A program made the translations under genes and the position numbers. A model generated the notes under the pieces. It was not told where the DNA came from, searched no databases, and saw only the letters and a program-made list of their open reading frames with translations. This document shows positions 10,421 to 20,842 of a stretch of 64,000 nucleotides of DNA, one piece after another. Position 1 is the first letter of the stretch. Each line of letters begins with the position of its first letter. The stretch spans positions 9,669 to 73,668 of the forward strand of contig CAZWQF010000002.1 of assembly GCA_964636285.1 (NCBI GenBank), given 5' to 3'. The stretch comes from an uncultured Candidatus Saccharibacteria bacterium (GTDB taxonomy: Bacteria; Patescibacteriota; WWE3; UBA101185; 2-01-FULL-41-18).

Positions 10421-10442
10421 AAGGTGGACTATACACTATGCC

Positions 10443-11591
10443 TTATTTATTATCAAGTGTTTTTGTAAAAATTGAAGCCTGAGCAGCTTGTCTTGAAGCA
10501 AGTAGAACTTCAAAAGATGGAACTGGGCTAGTGTTATTCCTCAACTTTTGAATTATAGGAAGTATTGACTGATCAAAGTAGAAATAAGTCTCAAGAAGTT
10601 CCAGACTATTCTGAGGGTCGTAGTTTTTATTGGTTTTTGATGCTGAAGCCGTTTTGTCCCATGCAGCCGTAGAGTTAACAAACTCTGCATGCTTTTTTTG
10701 ACCGTTTACATATGGAATTAAAAAGTCTACAGATTTCTTAATTGAGGCACCTGAAGAGGATGTGTAAGTAAACAAATCAACACCTTTATTTCTTGCCTCT
10801 CTAGCTAGAGAAACAAGGGGCATGAGATTGTATACATGATAATGAAGTGCATCTCTTTCTACAAAATCAAGGCTTGTTCCGTCAGTTTTTAAATTTTGAT
10901 CAATCTGCTTCTTGAATTCAACTATACCTTTTGATGCAAGTTCAGCATTATCTGTAGTTAGGCCTATGAGAGTAATGAGCTGTACTCTATGCGAATTCCA
11001 GTTATTTAAGTCTCTCCCATCGTTATATTTTATTGCCAACTCTTTCTGCCCAATTGAAATAAGCCAGTTATCAATTCTGGATCTGGACGCTGAGTCTAGC
11101 GAAGGTCTAAACCAAGTGTAACCCTTTATCATGGGTACTAGGTGACTTTCGTCTATTGAGTTTCCTGTAGTTTTATATACAGGTACCCAGGCATTCATAA
11201 AAGCATAGGCTTTTGAGGAGTATTTAGAGTCTTTAGTTTGATTATATGCAAAACCTAGTGTGTAAACTTTCCAAACATCTTTTAGTGATTCAACTGTTTT
11301 AAGTCTATCTGGATCGTTTCCTAATTTACCCTCCATACTAATTTTTGAAATGGGTCTTGGATTTTCTAGAAGGTATTTATCAGCCTCCGCAAGCTTTGAC
11401 GCAATAACCTTTGCTTCGAGCTGCTGCTGGGTAATTTCAATTCCTAGAACATTTGAAAGGCTTAAATTAAAAGAGGCTAACACAAAACCTATAATTCCTA
11501 TTGTTAAGACTAAAATACTGGATAGAAGCACAAAAACCGTGCTGAATCTTAGGTTCCCTTGTTTTTTAACTGTCTTTTTGGTCTTCTTCAT
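10443..11591 (-). CDS. Membrane-anchored alginate lyase-like (alpha/alpha toroid polysaccharide lyase) protein
   Basis: N-terminal TM; NNWNSH and DFVERDALHYHVY motifs. Confidence 0.75.
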   Translation of the reverse strand: MKKTKKTVKKQGNLRFSTVFVLLSSILVLTIGIIGFVLASFNLSLSNVLGIEITQQQLEAKVIASKLAEADKYLLENPRPISKISMEGKLGNDPDRLKTVESLKDVWKVYTLGFAYNQTKDSKYSSKAYAFMNAWVPVYKTTGNSIDESHLVPMIKGYTWFRPSLDSASRSRIDNWLISIGQKELAIKYNDGRDLNNWNSHRVQLITLIGLTTDNAELASKGIVEFKKQIDQNLKTDGTSLDFVERDALHYHVYNLMPLVSLAREARNKGVDLFTYTSSSGASIKKSVDFLIPYVNGQKKHAEFVNSTAAWDKTASASKTNKNYDPQNSLELLETYFYFDQSILPIIQKLRNNTSPVPSFEVLLASRQAAQASIFTKTLDNK

Positions 11592-11701
11592 CTTTGATAA
11601 CTAATTGTATCCTTTTTTAAATAATAAGTCTCGCTGAATTTTGGCAAAAAATAGTGTATTCTGGTACAATCTGAGTGGTCAAAAATTGACTTTTTGAGCT
11701 T

Positions 11702-11777
11702 GGCCCCGTCGTCTAGCGGTTAGGACGCCACCTTTTCAAGGTGGATATCGAGGGTTCGAACCCCTCCGGGGTCACCA
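11702..11777 (+). tRNA. tRNA-Glu(TTC)
   Basis: Acceptor GGCCCCG/CGGGGTC, anticodon arm CCACC-TTTTCAA-GGTGG, TTCGAAC T-loop, encoded CCA. Confidence 0.97.
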
Positions 11778-11803
11778 AGTCACATTAAAATTCAAACTTA
11801 TGT

Positions 11804-12499
11804 TTAAAAAGGTTTTTTTGCCAGCACTGTAGTATACGCACTGTGGAGGGGATCAATTTTAGTACACAACTTCCCAAGCGAGTAAGGAAGTGGGTAGTAA
11901 CCAATGTTATCTACTTGTGAAACTTCAAATTTGTGAAACTTTAGAAATTCAACTAGTGCTTTCATAGTAAAAATTCTTAAATGTGACCACGAGCCCCCAT
12001 CACCATCAAAGAGCTTGAACATTTTGCCGATACCCGTTGTATTACTCACATCTGATGGAAATGGCTGAAACCCTAGGAAAAGAGCAAAAATATTATGCCA
12101 ACTACTCAAATTGTTTGTGGAGATAACAAAATAACCTCCAGGCTTCAAAACTCTGTAGACTTCATCAACAAATCGGTCTGTATCCTTTAAGTGTTCAATT
12201 ACTTGATTTGCTGTAACCAGGCTAAAAATACCATCTTTAAAAGGCAAAGGATTATTTAGATCGCCCACTGAAGCTTTAATGCCCAGTTTTTTGGCTTTCT
12301 TTACCGCAACATTTGAGATTTCAATACCATAAGAACTTGAAGGCATTACTTTGGAGGCAACTTTTTTTGTTAATTTACCATCATCGCATCCACAGTCTAG
12401 ATACTCTCCTGTATCCAACCTTGGAGAAAGTCTTATGACACTTTCAAAAGTTCCAAGATAGGATTTACTGTACTCAGAAATGAATAATTTTTTTAGCAT
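11804..12499 (-). CDS. Class I SAM-dependent methyltransferase
   Basis: LDCGCDDG, LPFKD, VIEHL, RVLKPGG; ATG 12499 preferred. Confidence 0.88.
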   Translation of the reverse strand: MLKKLFISEYSKSYLGTFESVIRLSPRLDTGEYLDCGCDDGKLTKKVASKVMPSSSYGIEISNVAVKKAKKLGIKASVGDLNNPLPFKDGIFSLVTANQVIEHLKDTDRFVDEVYRVLKPGGYFVISTNNLSSWHNIFALFLGFQPFPSDVSNTTGIGKMFKLFDGDGGSWSHLRIFTMKALVEFLKFHKFEVSQVDNIGYYPLPYSLGKLCTKIDPLHSAYTTVLAKKPF

Positions 12500-12670
12500 A
12501 CCACCCCAACAATAAAATAGGCTTCTTAGATCAGATACTATCACTAAATGGATATAGTATCTCAATAACTCCAATTTAAGCGTCACTCAAACCGGCGTAT
12601 AACTTTGCAACACTTTTTGCACCTTCTTCAAAAACAAGAACTGCTGGGAAAATGACATCCATATTGTCTG

Positions 12671-13156
12671 TTAAATATCATTTTCTAGCGAGTCTTCTAT
12701 CTTTTCTAAATTAATTGGAGCCATCATTTTCTTTAATTCCTTGTCCTCCGATAGATTAGCCCCCTCTTTTGTTAATTTATCCGCCATGAGCCTAATAACC
12801 TTAGTTAGTTCCTGCTCAATTATCACATCAATTTTTAGTGTAAGCTCCTCCCTCAGTTCAGCCACTCTTGAAGCTCTATTTTGCGAAATAAGAACAACAA
12901 TAGCCAAAATAATTGCTTCAAGGGACACTATCATTGTTAAAAGGCCAAAAGGAAATGGGTCAAAGGGGACAATTCCTGGAAGAATTCCAAGATTCCAGAG
13001 TACCCATGCGCAAAACCAAACTACATTAACCAACAGGAAGGTAACACTTCCAAACTTTTGTGTCATCAGATCAGCAAACTTCTCATAAGAACTTCTTTTG
13101 CTGTCTTCTCTTGCCTTAAAGCTTTGGAAAATTGTCTTGTGCTGCTCTTTATTCAT
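12671..13156 (-). CDS. DUF1003 family membrane protein
   Basis: FDPFPFGLL...SLEAI...ISQNR signature. Confidence 0.88.
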   Translation of the reverse strand: MNKEQHKTIFQSFKAREDSKRSSYEKFADLMTQKFGSVTFLLVNVVWFCAWVLWNLGILPGIVPFDPFPFGLLTMIVSLEAIILAIVVLISQNRASRVAELREELTLKIDVIIEQELTKVIRLMADKLTKEGANLSEDKELKKMMAPINLEKIEDSLENDI

Positions 13157-13232
13157 ACCTTTAGCTTAGAGTAAATAATATATCCGTGCACATTCTTCAG
13201 CAATGTTTTATTTGTAATAGTAGAATATTGAT

Positions 13233-14795
13233 ATGTTACGTGAGGTTGAGACACAGCACCATGGGGACTTACCAGGTGAAAAGCGATTTGAGCTTGGGAA
13301 TGAAAATCTTGCCGAAAGAGGAAAAATTAATTCTGAGCTTAAAAGGCTAGGGCTTGTGGTTATTGAAATGGATAATGTGGATCTGGATTCTGGCCGACCT
13401 GTACAAAGGTTGTTCCTTCTAGCAGAGGAAAGCAAACCTATTGCTACAAGGTTTGCTAGACCAGACTTAAATACCGAAGACACCTCATCGCTTCAGCATA
13501 GTGACAAAACAAGGTTTCAGGAAATATTAGCCGGTTTATCTCCATTTATCCTAACTATTCCAAAAGATGTTCAAAAAGAAATTGAATCTGGATTCGAGCA
13601 AAATGTTCTTAAGCCAGGTTTTAGAGCCCATATTCAGGGAGTTGTACCTCAAGAAGACTATGACTCATCTTTAATTCCAATTCGAGACATACTTGGAGCC
13701 GGAAAAGAATCTCTCACGCATCCAAGACTTCAGATTGATGTGTATGACGATAAAGGAGTATTTGTAGAGAGTATAGTTCTGCAACATATCACAAAAGATG
13801 AGGAAAAAAGAGTTGGCAGACTTAAGGCTAAGTTTGGAACTAACACAAGCCTTGAGTATAAAGAAGAGCTTGGAAAGAAAACAAGAGACCTATACAACTT
13901 TTTCCAGAACGATGGCATTGCTGATAAACCTGTAGAAGATCAGGCATCAAAAGGTCACATGGCAACTAGAAGAGGTTTAACTATGCTTGATTGCCTAGAG
14001 ATCTGTATGGACAATGATAGGCCTCAGGACTGGCTTGCAAAGGTTGATCCATACTCCCGTGATCTAAATCTTTCGGCAAGACAAAGAGAAACTCTGGACT
14101 TGATGAAACTTAGGCAGTCAGAGAAATTACAGGCAGGTCAAAACATTGAGCTTGAGAATATTTACCCAAGTGAGATGGATGTGATTAATGAGGCCCTAGC
14201 TTTAGCAGTTCAAGCATTCAGCATGGAAACAAGCACAGACCCGTCAGTTTTAGCTACACATAAAGCAACAATTGAGAGCTTAACCCACTATAGAGATACT
14301 ATTGAAAAAGGTCAGAGAAGAAACTATCACAATATAATCAGGTACGATCAATGGGAATTTAATAGGCTAAAAAACTCAAATTTTCAGGAAAAGTTAACCG
14401 AGATTCTCGGGTCTGGTCAGATTAAGTCTAGAGAGGGTACGTTTGTTAAAGGGCACTACCTAGCAAATTGCGATATTGGAAAAGACGAAGTAGGAAAGCT
14501 CCCCGCTCTGTTCATGGAAGGAAATGGATCCCCAACCTCAGAAACTCCTGTATGTATCCTTGAAACCGAAATGGTTATAACCCCTCATTTTAAACATGAA
14601 GGTTGCTCAGTAGCCTATGAAAATACAAGTTTGACTTTACTCAAAAGAATCATAGTTGCAGATGGGGATATAGAAAGCACAAAAGAGTTACTAAAGAACG
14701 AAGGGTTTGCTGACGTAGAAGTTGTTGGGTACAGCAATTGGCAGGTAGAAATGGCTTGCATAAGTGCAGCACAATTCAATCTTAAAAAATGGTAG
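13233..14795 (+). CDS. Hypothetical protein (520 aa)
   Basis: Long ORF, TAGAAT 6 nt before ATG; no family recognised. Confidence 0.7.
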   Translation: MLREVETQHHGDLPGEKRFELGNENLAERGKINSELKRLGLVVIEMDNVDLDSGRPVQRLFLLAEESKPIATRFARPDLNTEDTSSLQHSDKTRFQEILAGLSPFILTIPKDVQKEIESGFEQNVLKPGFRAHIQGVVPQEDYDSSLIPIRDILGAGKESLTHPRLQIDVYDDKGVFVESIVLQHITKDEEKRVGRLKAKFGTNTSLEYKEELGKKTRDLYNFFQNDGIADKPVEDQASKGHMATRRGLTMLDCLEICMDNDRPQDWLAKVDPYSRDLNLSARQRETLDLMKLRQSEKLQAGQNIELENIYPSEMDVINEALALAVQAFSMETSTDPSVLATHKATIESLTHYRDTIEKGQRRNYHNIIRYDQWEFNRLKNSNFQEKLTEILGSGQIKSREGTFVKGHYLANCDIGKDEVGKLPALFMEGNGSPTSETPVCILETEMVITPHFKHEGCSVAYENTSLTLLKRIIVADGDIESTKELLKNEGFADVEVVGYSNWQVEMACISAAQFNLKKW

Positions 14796-16238
14796 TTAGC
14801 TCTCAATCAATCTTCCCTCTGTAAGATTTAATACTTTGTTTACTCCAACTTCCTCAACAAAATACCTATCATGTGATACCAGCAGAAGCGTACCTTCAAA
14901 TTCGCTCAGAGATTTTTCAAGTACTTCTTTTGTCTCTATATCAAGGTGGTTGTCTGGTTCATCCAAAATCAAAAGATCATAATCTTTATATGCAAATATT
15001 GAAAAAGCAAACCTTGCCCTCTCCCCTGGACTTAAAAACTTAACTTTCTTTTGCGAAGAATCCTTATCAAAAAGAAACTTTTTAAGATACCCGTGAGCTA
15101 GGCCTATGGAGCATCCAGTTTTTTCAATAAATTCCTCAAAAACCGAATTTTTTGTGTTCAGCTCTGCCTGAACTTGAGAGTAGTAGCCAATTTTAATATT
15201 CTCCCCTACTTTTATGTTCCCACTTGTTACTTCAGTATCCCCCATGATCATTTTAATAATTGATGATTTTCCAGCCCCATTCGGCCCAAATAACCAGACT
15301 TTTTCTTTCCCTCTAACTTCAAAATTTAAATCGGAAAAGAGACTCTTCTGCCCATATGATTTACCTACATTATCAAATCTCAAAACTAGCTTGCCTGAAT
15401 GAATATCAGTATCAAACTCCAAAGCTTTAATTTTCTTTGATTCATATTTTGTTTTTTCATTTGCAGTAATTTCTCTATCAATTCTCTTCTTGGCAGCCTG
15501 AACTGCCTTTCCTCTTTTTGTCCCGTCTTTAATCTTTCTTACATTCTCAAGAAGTTTTTCTAGCTGACTCTTTCGTTTTAAAAATAGTGTGTATTCTTGA
15601 TCCCACTTTTCAATCAGTTTATTTTTCTCAAGTTTGTAATTATCGTAATCACCTACAAATCTTAATAATTTTTGATTTTCAAGCTCCCAAATTTCGTCAA
15701 CAGTATTATTTAAAAAAACTCTGTCATGCGAAATCATGATTACCGTTAAGGGAAGCTTTCTGATGTAATCCTCAAGCCAAATTATTCCTTCAATATCTAA
15801 ATGGTTTGTAGGCTCATCAATAAATAGCGTTGTAGGATTTGATAGTAGAATTTCAATGAGCTTAACTTTCATTTTCTGGCCTTCACTGAGGGTATCAAGC
15901 ATTTGGTATTGGTCAAAATTATGAAATTTAAGCTGGCTTGCTAGAGTCTCAATTCTGTGAGCTTCCCATTGATTATCAAGAAAGGACTCAAGATACACGC
16001 CAACCATTTCATTCGGGAAGTGAAATTCTTGTGGGATATATCCTAAAACCTCATTCTGAATGTTTAAAACACCTGATGTAATGTCCTCCACTCCGTTCAA
16101 AAGTTTAAATAATGTAGATTTTCCACACCCGTTTCTTCCTACAAGGCCAATCTTCTTTTTATTCCCCACAGAAAACTCAATCTTTGAGAAGATTTCCGTA
16201 CCCACGTAACTTTTTGTAAGATTTCTGGCCATTATCAC
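14796..16238 (-). CDS. ABC-F family ATPase
   Basis: Two NBDs (GRNGCGKST, GPNGAGKS; DEPTNHLD, DEPDNHLD), no TM. Confidence 0.93.
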   Translation of the reverse strand: MIMARNLTKSYVGTEIFSKIEFSVGNKKKIGLVGRNGCGKSTLFKLLNGVEDITSGVLNIQNEVLGYIPQEFHFPNEMVGVYLESFLDNQWEAHRIETLASQLKFHNFDQYQMLDTLSEGQKMKVKLIEILLSNPTTLFIDEPTNHLDIEGIIWLEDYIRKLPLTVIMISHDRVFLNNTVDEIWELENQKLLRFVGDYDNYKLEKNKLIEKWDQEYTLFLKRKSQLEKLLENVRKIKDGTKRGKAVQAAKKRIDREITANEKTKYESKKIKALEFDTDIHSGKLVLRFDNVGKSYGQKSLFSDLNFEVRGKEKVWLFGPNGAGKSSIIKMIMGDTEVTSGNIKVGENIKIGYYSQVQAELNTKNSVFEEFIEKTGCSIGLAHGYLKKFLFDKDSSQKKVKFLSPGERARFAFSIFAYKDYDLLILDEPDNHLDIETKEVLEKSLSEFEGTLLLVSHDRYFVEEVGVNKVLNLTEGRLIES

Positions 16239-16280
16239 AATGTAAATATACCATCAGATGCTGTAGAATTGGTGACTGTT

Positions 16281-17456
16281 ATGTTTAAAGACAATAAAAA
16301 TTTACTGGTGATAGCTGTAATCGCAGTTGTTAATGCACTTGGATATGGAATTGTAATACCTATTTTGTACTCGTATTCCAAGCATTTTGGCCTCACGGAT
16401 TGGCAGAATGGGCTTTTATTTTCCACGTTTTCATTCTGCGCCTTTATATCTACACCTATAATAGGTAAATTATCTGATAAGTACGGGAGAAGACCGTTAC
16501 TTCTTATTTCTGTAGCAGGAACGGCAATATCATTTTTCATGCAGGCGTTTGCTCCTAATGCTATCTTTTTATTCTTAGCTAGGGCACTTGATGGCCTTAC
16601 TGCAGGAAATATATCTGTAGCTTCAGCAATTATTGCAGATACAACTAAGCCCCAGGACAGAGCAAAAGGCTTTGGAATTATTGGAGCGGCATTTGGATTT
16701 GGATTTGTTGCTGGCCCTGCTATTTCAGCTTCAACGGTTGGGATTTGGATGCCTTTACCTTTTGTAATTGCCGGCGTTGTGACTACAATTTCTTGGATAC
16801 TTACATACTTTGTTCTTCCAGAAACTAATGCACATAAGGGGCAGATTGCTCACGACAACACATTTGACCTTACTCATCTTTGGCACGGACTTTTTGACTC
16901 AAAGCTGGGAAATACCTTTAAAATAACGATTTTATATTCAATAGCATTCTCCTGCGCTATGATGTACGGTTTTCAGCCTTTTGCAAAAAATATACTTAAG
17001 CTTTCCGACTCCTCTATTTCTATGGCTTTTGTTTTCATAGGGGTTGTAGGACTGATTATGCAAAGCTTTTTTGTTCAAAAAATCAGCAAGTCACTTGGAA
17101 CTATGAGGGCGTTTAAGATTTCGGTGTTAATTGTTGCTTCCGCATTTCTTTTATACTGCTTAGTTAACAGCTACTTTAGCTTGATTTTGGTTATGATTGT
17201 TATGGCAAGTGCAAATTCGCTTGCCCAGCCACTCATTAACACAATTTTATCGCTTGAAACCGAACCAAAAAACCAAGGGCATGTAATGGGAATGAACACT
17301 TCGTACATGAATGCAGGTCAAATATTCGGGCCAATTATAGGAGGATTAATTGCTTCCTATTACATCAGAGGTGTTTTTGTTTTTGGAGCTTCGTTATTGC
17401 TAGTTTGTATATTTCTTGCAAGAAAAATCTCAATTCAAAACAATGGAGCGCATTAA
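16281..17456 (+). CDS. MFS transporter (TetA/DHA1-like)
   Basis: GKLSDKYGRRP motif A, 12 TM. Confidence 0.92.
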   Translation: MFKDNKNLLVIAVIAVVNALGYGIVIPILYSYSKHFGLTDWQNGLLFSTFSFCAFISTPIIGKLSDKYGRRPLLLISVAGTAISFFMQAFAPNAIFLFLARALDGLTAGNISVASAIIADTTKPQDRAKGFGIIGAAFGFGFVAGPAISASTVGIWMPLPFVIAGVVTTISWILTYFVLPETNAHKGQIAHDNTFDLTHLWHGLFDSKLGNTFKITILYSIAFSCAMMYGFQPFAKNILKLSDSSISMAFVFIGVVGLIMQSFFVQKISKSLGTMRAFKISVLIVASAFLLYCLVNSYFSLILVMIVMASANSLAQPLINTILSLETEPKNQGHVMGMNTSYMNAGQIFGPIIGGLIASYYIRGVFVFGASLLLVCIFLARKISIQNNGAH

Positions 17457-19912
17457 TTTTTAGGGGAATGGATTAGTTTAAGTGTTGTATCCTCTGAAGT
17501 AGGAACGCCTTTAATTCCCATAAACGAAGGGGTTTTAACTCTTTTATACTCCTTGATTGCATAAGCATCCTTTGATGCAGTAATTTTCCAGTCTGAAATT
17601 ATCATTGAGACCAAATCTATAGCTTCGTCATCGTGCATATTAAACATTTCACCATACCACCCAAGCGGTACATGTAACCCAAACTCAGTGTCTGTGCCGG
17701 GAATTATGTAAGAGCAATCATATTGGTTGTAGGTTTCATCCGCAACATCCATTCGCACAATCACTTCTGATGCCCCTTTTGTTGTTAAAAAAGGAGTAGT
17801 TGGAACTTCCACAGTTGTAGTAACAGGGCCATCGCCCTTTGCAAGCCTACAGGGGGTGTTACAAACCATCAATTGCTTTGGAGTTACATCTCCCTTGCCT
17901 GATAAGGTAAAGTCCTCATCAGGGGTAAGTTCTATTGTTCCAGAGTACTCCTCATCAAATCCTGGGCAGATACTGCTTTGACCAATAAAGTGAGATGAGA
18001 TTTCTATCTTAAAGTAAGCACATTTGAGTGACATGTCTTTTATGTGATCAACATCAAGTCCAGACACACCATCAAGCCCTAGGCTTTCTGCAAGTGCATA
18101 GTACCTTAATAAGATGGATGCTTGCGAAGGGTCTTTTTCTTGAACACATGCTTTATGCGATCTTTCTGAAGCTGATTTTATAGCTTTGGCTAAAAGCTCT
18201 CTTCCCATCTTTATATTTCCACCCTGTTTGTCGTCAAGATCTAATGATTGAACGGCCTGAAGCCAAATTAGATACTCTTTTGCTGCAGGAACAATGTCTT
18301 CATCTTTTGTTTGTGCAGAATCTAGGTAAGGTTTTACACCTTCTTTCCACCAATTTGAAAGTATGTCTGAGAATCCATTTTTCTGGACTTCCGTAAAAGT
18401 ATCATTCATGCCAAAACCTTGTAGTGTTTGAATCCAGCTTAAAATGCTGAGTATATCCTGCTGAGCTTGAACCCTTACATTGTTATTTATCTCTTTTTCT
18501 TTAAATGTGTCAGGTACTGTTATAAGTCCAAATCCTGAAAAGTGCATTACAGGAACTCTGACAGTATTCCCTTCAGCTGAGGCCGGGAAATATATCATGT
18601 TTTCCCCACCATTTTCATAAGCAAAAGCAAGTAATTTTCCTTTTGGCTCTTGATTCAGATTTATTGTAAGCACGGCCGTTTTGCTAAGAACTGCATCAGG
18701 AGCTTTAAAATCTACACCTCCAATAAAATTTGCCTCTTTAGGAAGGCCTGAAACACCGTAAATAGGAGCTGCCTTGATTTCCGCTCCCCAAACAATAGAA
18801 TTTTTGCCAACTGAAAGTTCGTATGTATTTGTGGAATCGGAGACCTGAATGTTCCCTCCCTTAAGACCAACCTTGGCAGATTTTCCGAAAGAACTAACTG
18901 CTACAACCCCACTCTTATTCTTTGCAAACCTTCCAAAAACAGGCAGTTTAGATGCGTTTGGAGAAACAAACAAATAGGCGCTGGTAAAAAGAACTAACGC
19001 TACGGCAACAACAATTGCATTTCTTTTTAATGTCGCAGGAGAAGGTTTAAAATCTGCAAACGAAATAACAACAAGCACAATACCTAGTAGTACAAGAAGC
19101 TCAAAAATAGAATTACTTGTCTGCTGGTAGAGTACAAAGGGCTTGAATGTAATTGCCTGAATAACCAGTGTTGCAATATCAGAAAATTGCTTTGGAAGAA
19201 ATTTAGCTAGAAAGAACGAAATCTTAGTGGGGTCACCTGCAAAGGTTGTGATTAGAAATAACCCTAAAGCTCCATAGAGTGACGTTAAACCAGTCCAGAA
19301 TAAAATACCTGAAATGCCCTTCCCAAGGCTCAGCAATATTACTAGCGCAAATAAAACGGCGCTTACTGCTATAGCTACAGTCAAGCCGTACTTTTGAATC
19401 CAAACTAAAGATTTTACCCAAAAGAGGTAGTTTCCGAGTTTAATGGTAGGCGTGTCCTTAATCAATTTGGAAAAATCAGGCATGGATTCCACGGAATCTT
19501 CGCCACCCTCCTCTTTTATTTGGTCTTTAAACTGCTCAAGATACGCTGAAACTTCCTCAACATTTATGTCAGTTTGGCTAACTAGCTTGTCCTTAATATC
19601 TAAAAATGATATTTCAGGCTCTTTTTCCGATTTTCCGGTTGCCCAAGCTTCGGTTTGATCTACAACCAACTCTACCTTCCCTTGAATGTATTCGGGCGTG
19701 AGAAAGGAGTTGTTTGCAAAGGGATTTTCTTCGCCCTCACTTGAGCTTTTAATTGTAGATATAATGGATTCGTAAAGATTCGAACCTGACAATGCTCTTT
19801 TTATGGAATTTGCGTCAAAGGAGCTTTGCTTTACTGAATAGAGCCCCACTAACAACGGAGTTAAAATAACAAATGCAGGCAATATAAATAGTTTAAATAT
19901 GTTTTTGAACAT
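17453..19912 (-). CDS. Large membrane protein with Cys-containing extracellular C-terminal region
   Basis: N-terminal TM, 4 further TMs, then a HFSGF (ZU5/Ig-like) segment and a Cys-rich domain; family unclear. Confidence 0.6.
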   Translation of the reverse strand: MFKNIFKLFILPAFVILTPLLVGLYSVKQSSFDANSIKRALSGSNLYESIISTIKSSSEGEENPFANNSFLTPEYIQGKVELVVDQTEAWATGKSEKEPEISFLDIKDKLVSQTDINVEEVSAYLEQFKDQIKEEGGEDSVESMPDFSKLIKDTPTIKLGNYLFWVKSLVWIQKYGLTVAIAVSAVLFALVILLSLGKGISGILFWTGLTSLYGALGLFLITTFAGDPTKISFFLAKFLPKQFSDIATLVIQAITFKPFVLYQQTSNSIFELLVLLGIVLVVISFADFKPSPATLKRNAIVVAVALVLFTSAYLFVSPNASKLPVFGRFAKNKSGVVAVSSFGKSAKVGLKGGNIQVSDSTNTYELSVGKNSIVWGAEIKAAPIYGVSGLPKEANFIGGVDFKAPDAVLSKTAVLTINLNQEPKGKLLAFAYENGGENMIYFPASAEGNTVRVPVMHFSGFGLITVPDTFKEKEINNNVRVQAQQDILSILSWIQTLQGFGMNDTFTEVQKNGFSDILSNWWKEGVKPYLDSAQTKDEDIVPAAKEYLIWLQAVQSLDLDDKQGGNIKMGRELLAKAIKSASERSHKACVQEKDPSQASILLRYYALAESLGLDGVSGLDVDHIKDMSLKCAYFKIEISSHFIGQSSICPGFDEEYSGTIELTPDEDFTLSGKGDVTPKQLMVCNTPCRLAKGDGPVTTTVEVPTTPFLTTKGASEVIVRMDVADETYNQYDCSYIIPGTDTEFGLHVPLGWYGEMFNMHDDEAIDLVSMIISDWKITASKDAYAIKEYKRVKTPSFMGIKGVPTSEDTTLKLIHSPKN

Positions 19913-19971
19913 GTGAGCAGGCTGTCCACACAAATAATAAGCCTACAGAATTGTAGTTGTAAAGGTTTTAG

Positions 19972-20304
19972 CTAACCCTTAACTTCTTCTTCCTGATGAG
20001 CTTCTTTCTGAATTGTTTTCCAGTGATAGAGGTATAAAGGAGCACCTATGAGAATCATAGAAACTGCTTCAGAAAATTCTCTTTCTTTCTGCCTTTTTTG
20101 ATCCCTTTTTTGCCTATCTTCCATCTCCTGAGGTGAAAGTAAACTGCTCTCATCTTTGATTGGGTATGTTTCATAGGAGTCGGCGTCCTTAAATACAAAG
20201 GTTTTAAGTGCAAGGTTAGAAAGCCTTATGCCTCCAATAACAATTATCAATAAACCTACAAACGAGAACAAGTAAAGATATAAAAGACGAACGTTAATTT
20301 TCAT
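19972..20304 (-). CDS. Small 2-TM membrane protein (DUF5671-like)
   Basis: YLYLFSFVGL...PLYLYHW pattern. Confidence 0.65.
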   Translation of the reverse strand: MKINVRLLYLYLFSFVGLLIIVIGGIRLSNLALKTFVFKDADSYETYPIKDESSLLSPQEMEDRQKRDQKRQKEREFSEAVSMILIGAPLYLYHWKTIQKEAHQEEEVKG

Positions 20305-20807
20305 TCTCTTATTGTATCAATTACACCTTTTGTTTGCAGCAGTACTCTGTTGAACAGGTCTCCTACATAATCATCGGTAGTAACATTAATAACATCAATA
20401 TTAATTGAAGTAAGGCCCGCAATTGACATGCTACATTCATCTATCTGGTGCAAATCCTGATGGATAAAGTGGATTTCAGGGTAAACTAAAAGGCTTCCAT
20501 TTGCGTCAGTTGAATCTGTAACAACTTTTACCTCGGCAATCCTCACTTCACCAAAGTTTTGTACTTCCCCTCTTAGTATTCCAACTAGCTGTCTCATTAT
20601 CTCAGGTGCTCGGTCCCCAAACTTCGCACACATGTACTCTGCGGAAGCTGGAACACAGCAAGCCAAGGCGGAAAGCTCTTCAGACTTATAGATTTCAAGC
20701 ATTTTATCAAAAGAGCCTAAGTTTATAGATGGAGTTTTGACGATTTCAACTAACGAATCTTTATGTGTTGCATGCTCTATAGTTGAAGGGCCAAAGTTTA
20801 CAGCCAT
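20301..20807 (-). CDS. Hypothetical protein
   Basis: ORF with 4-nt overlap to next gene; TACTAT 7 nt before ATG. Confidence 0.6.
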   Translation of the reverse strand: MAVNFGPSTIEHATHKDSLVEIVKTPSINLGSFDKMLEIYKSEELSALACCVPASAEYMCAKFGDRAPEIMRQLVGILRGEVQNFGEVRIAEVKVVTDSTDANGSLLVYPEIHFIHQDLHQIDECSMSIAGLTSINIDVINVTTDDYVGDLFNRVLLQTKGVIDTIRE

Positions 20808-20842
20808 ACGCTACATAGTATGTACACGACTTGCAATTTTTT

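Noticed and set aside
11702-11777. tRNA-Glu as insertion site of the glycan locus
   Set aside because: No integrase or duplicated tRNA end seen, and the locus lies on the 5' side of the tRNA
14796-17456. ABC-F and TetA-like MFS as antibiotic-resistance genes
   Set aside because: Family motifs alone cannot distinguish resistance from housekeeping members, and there is no mobile context
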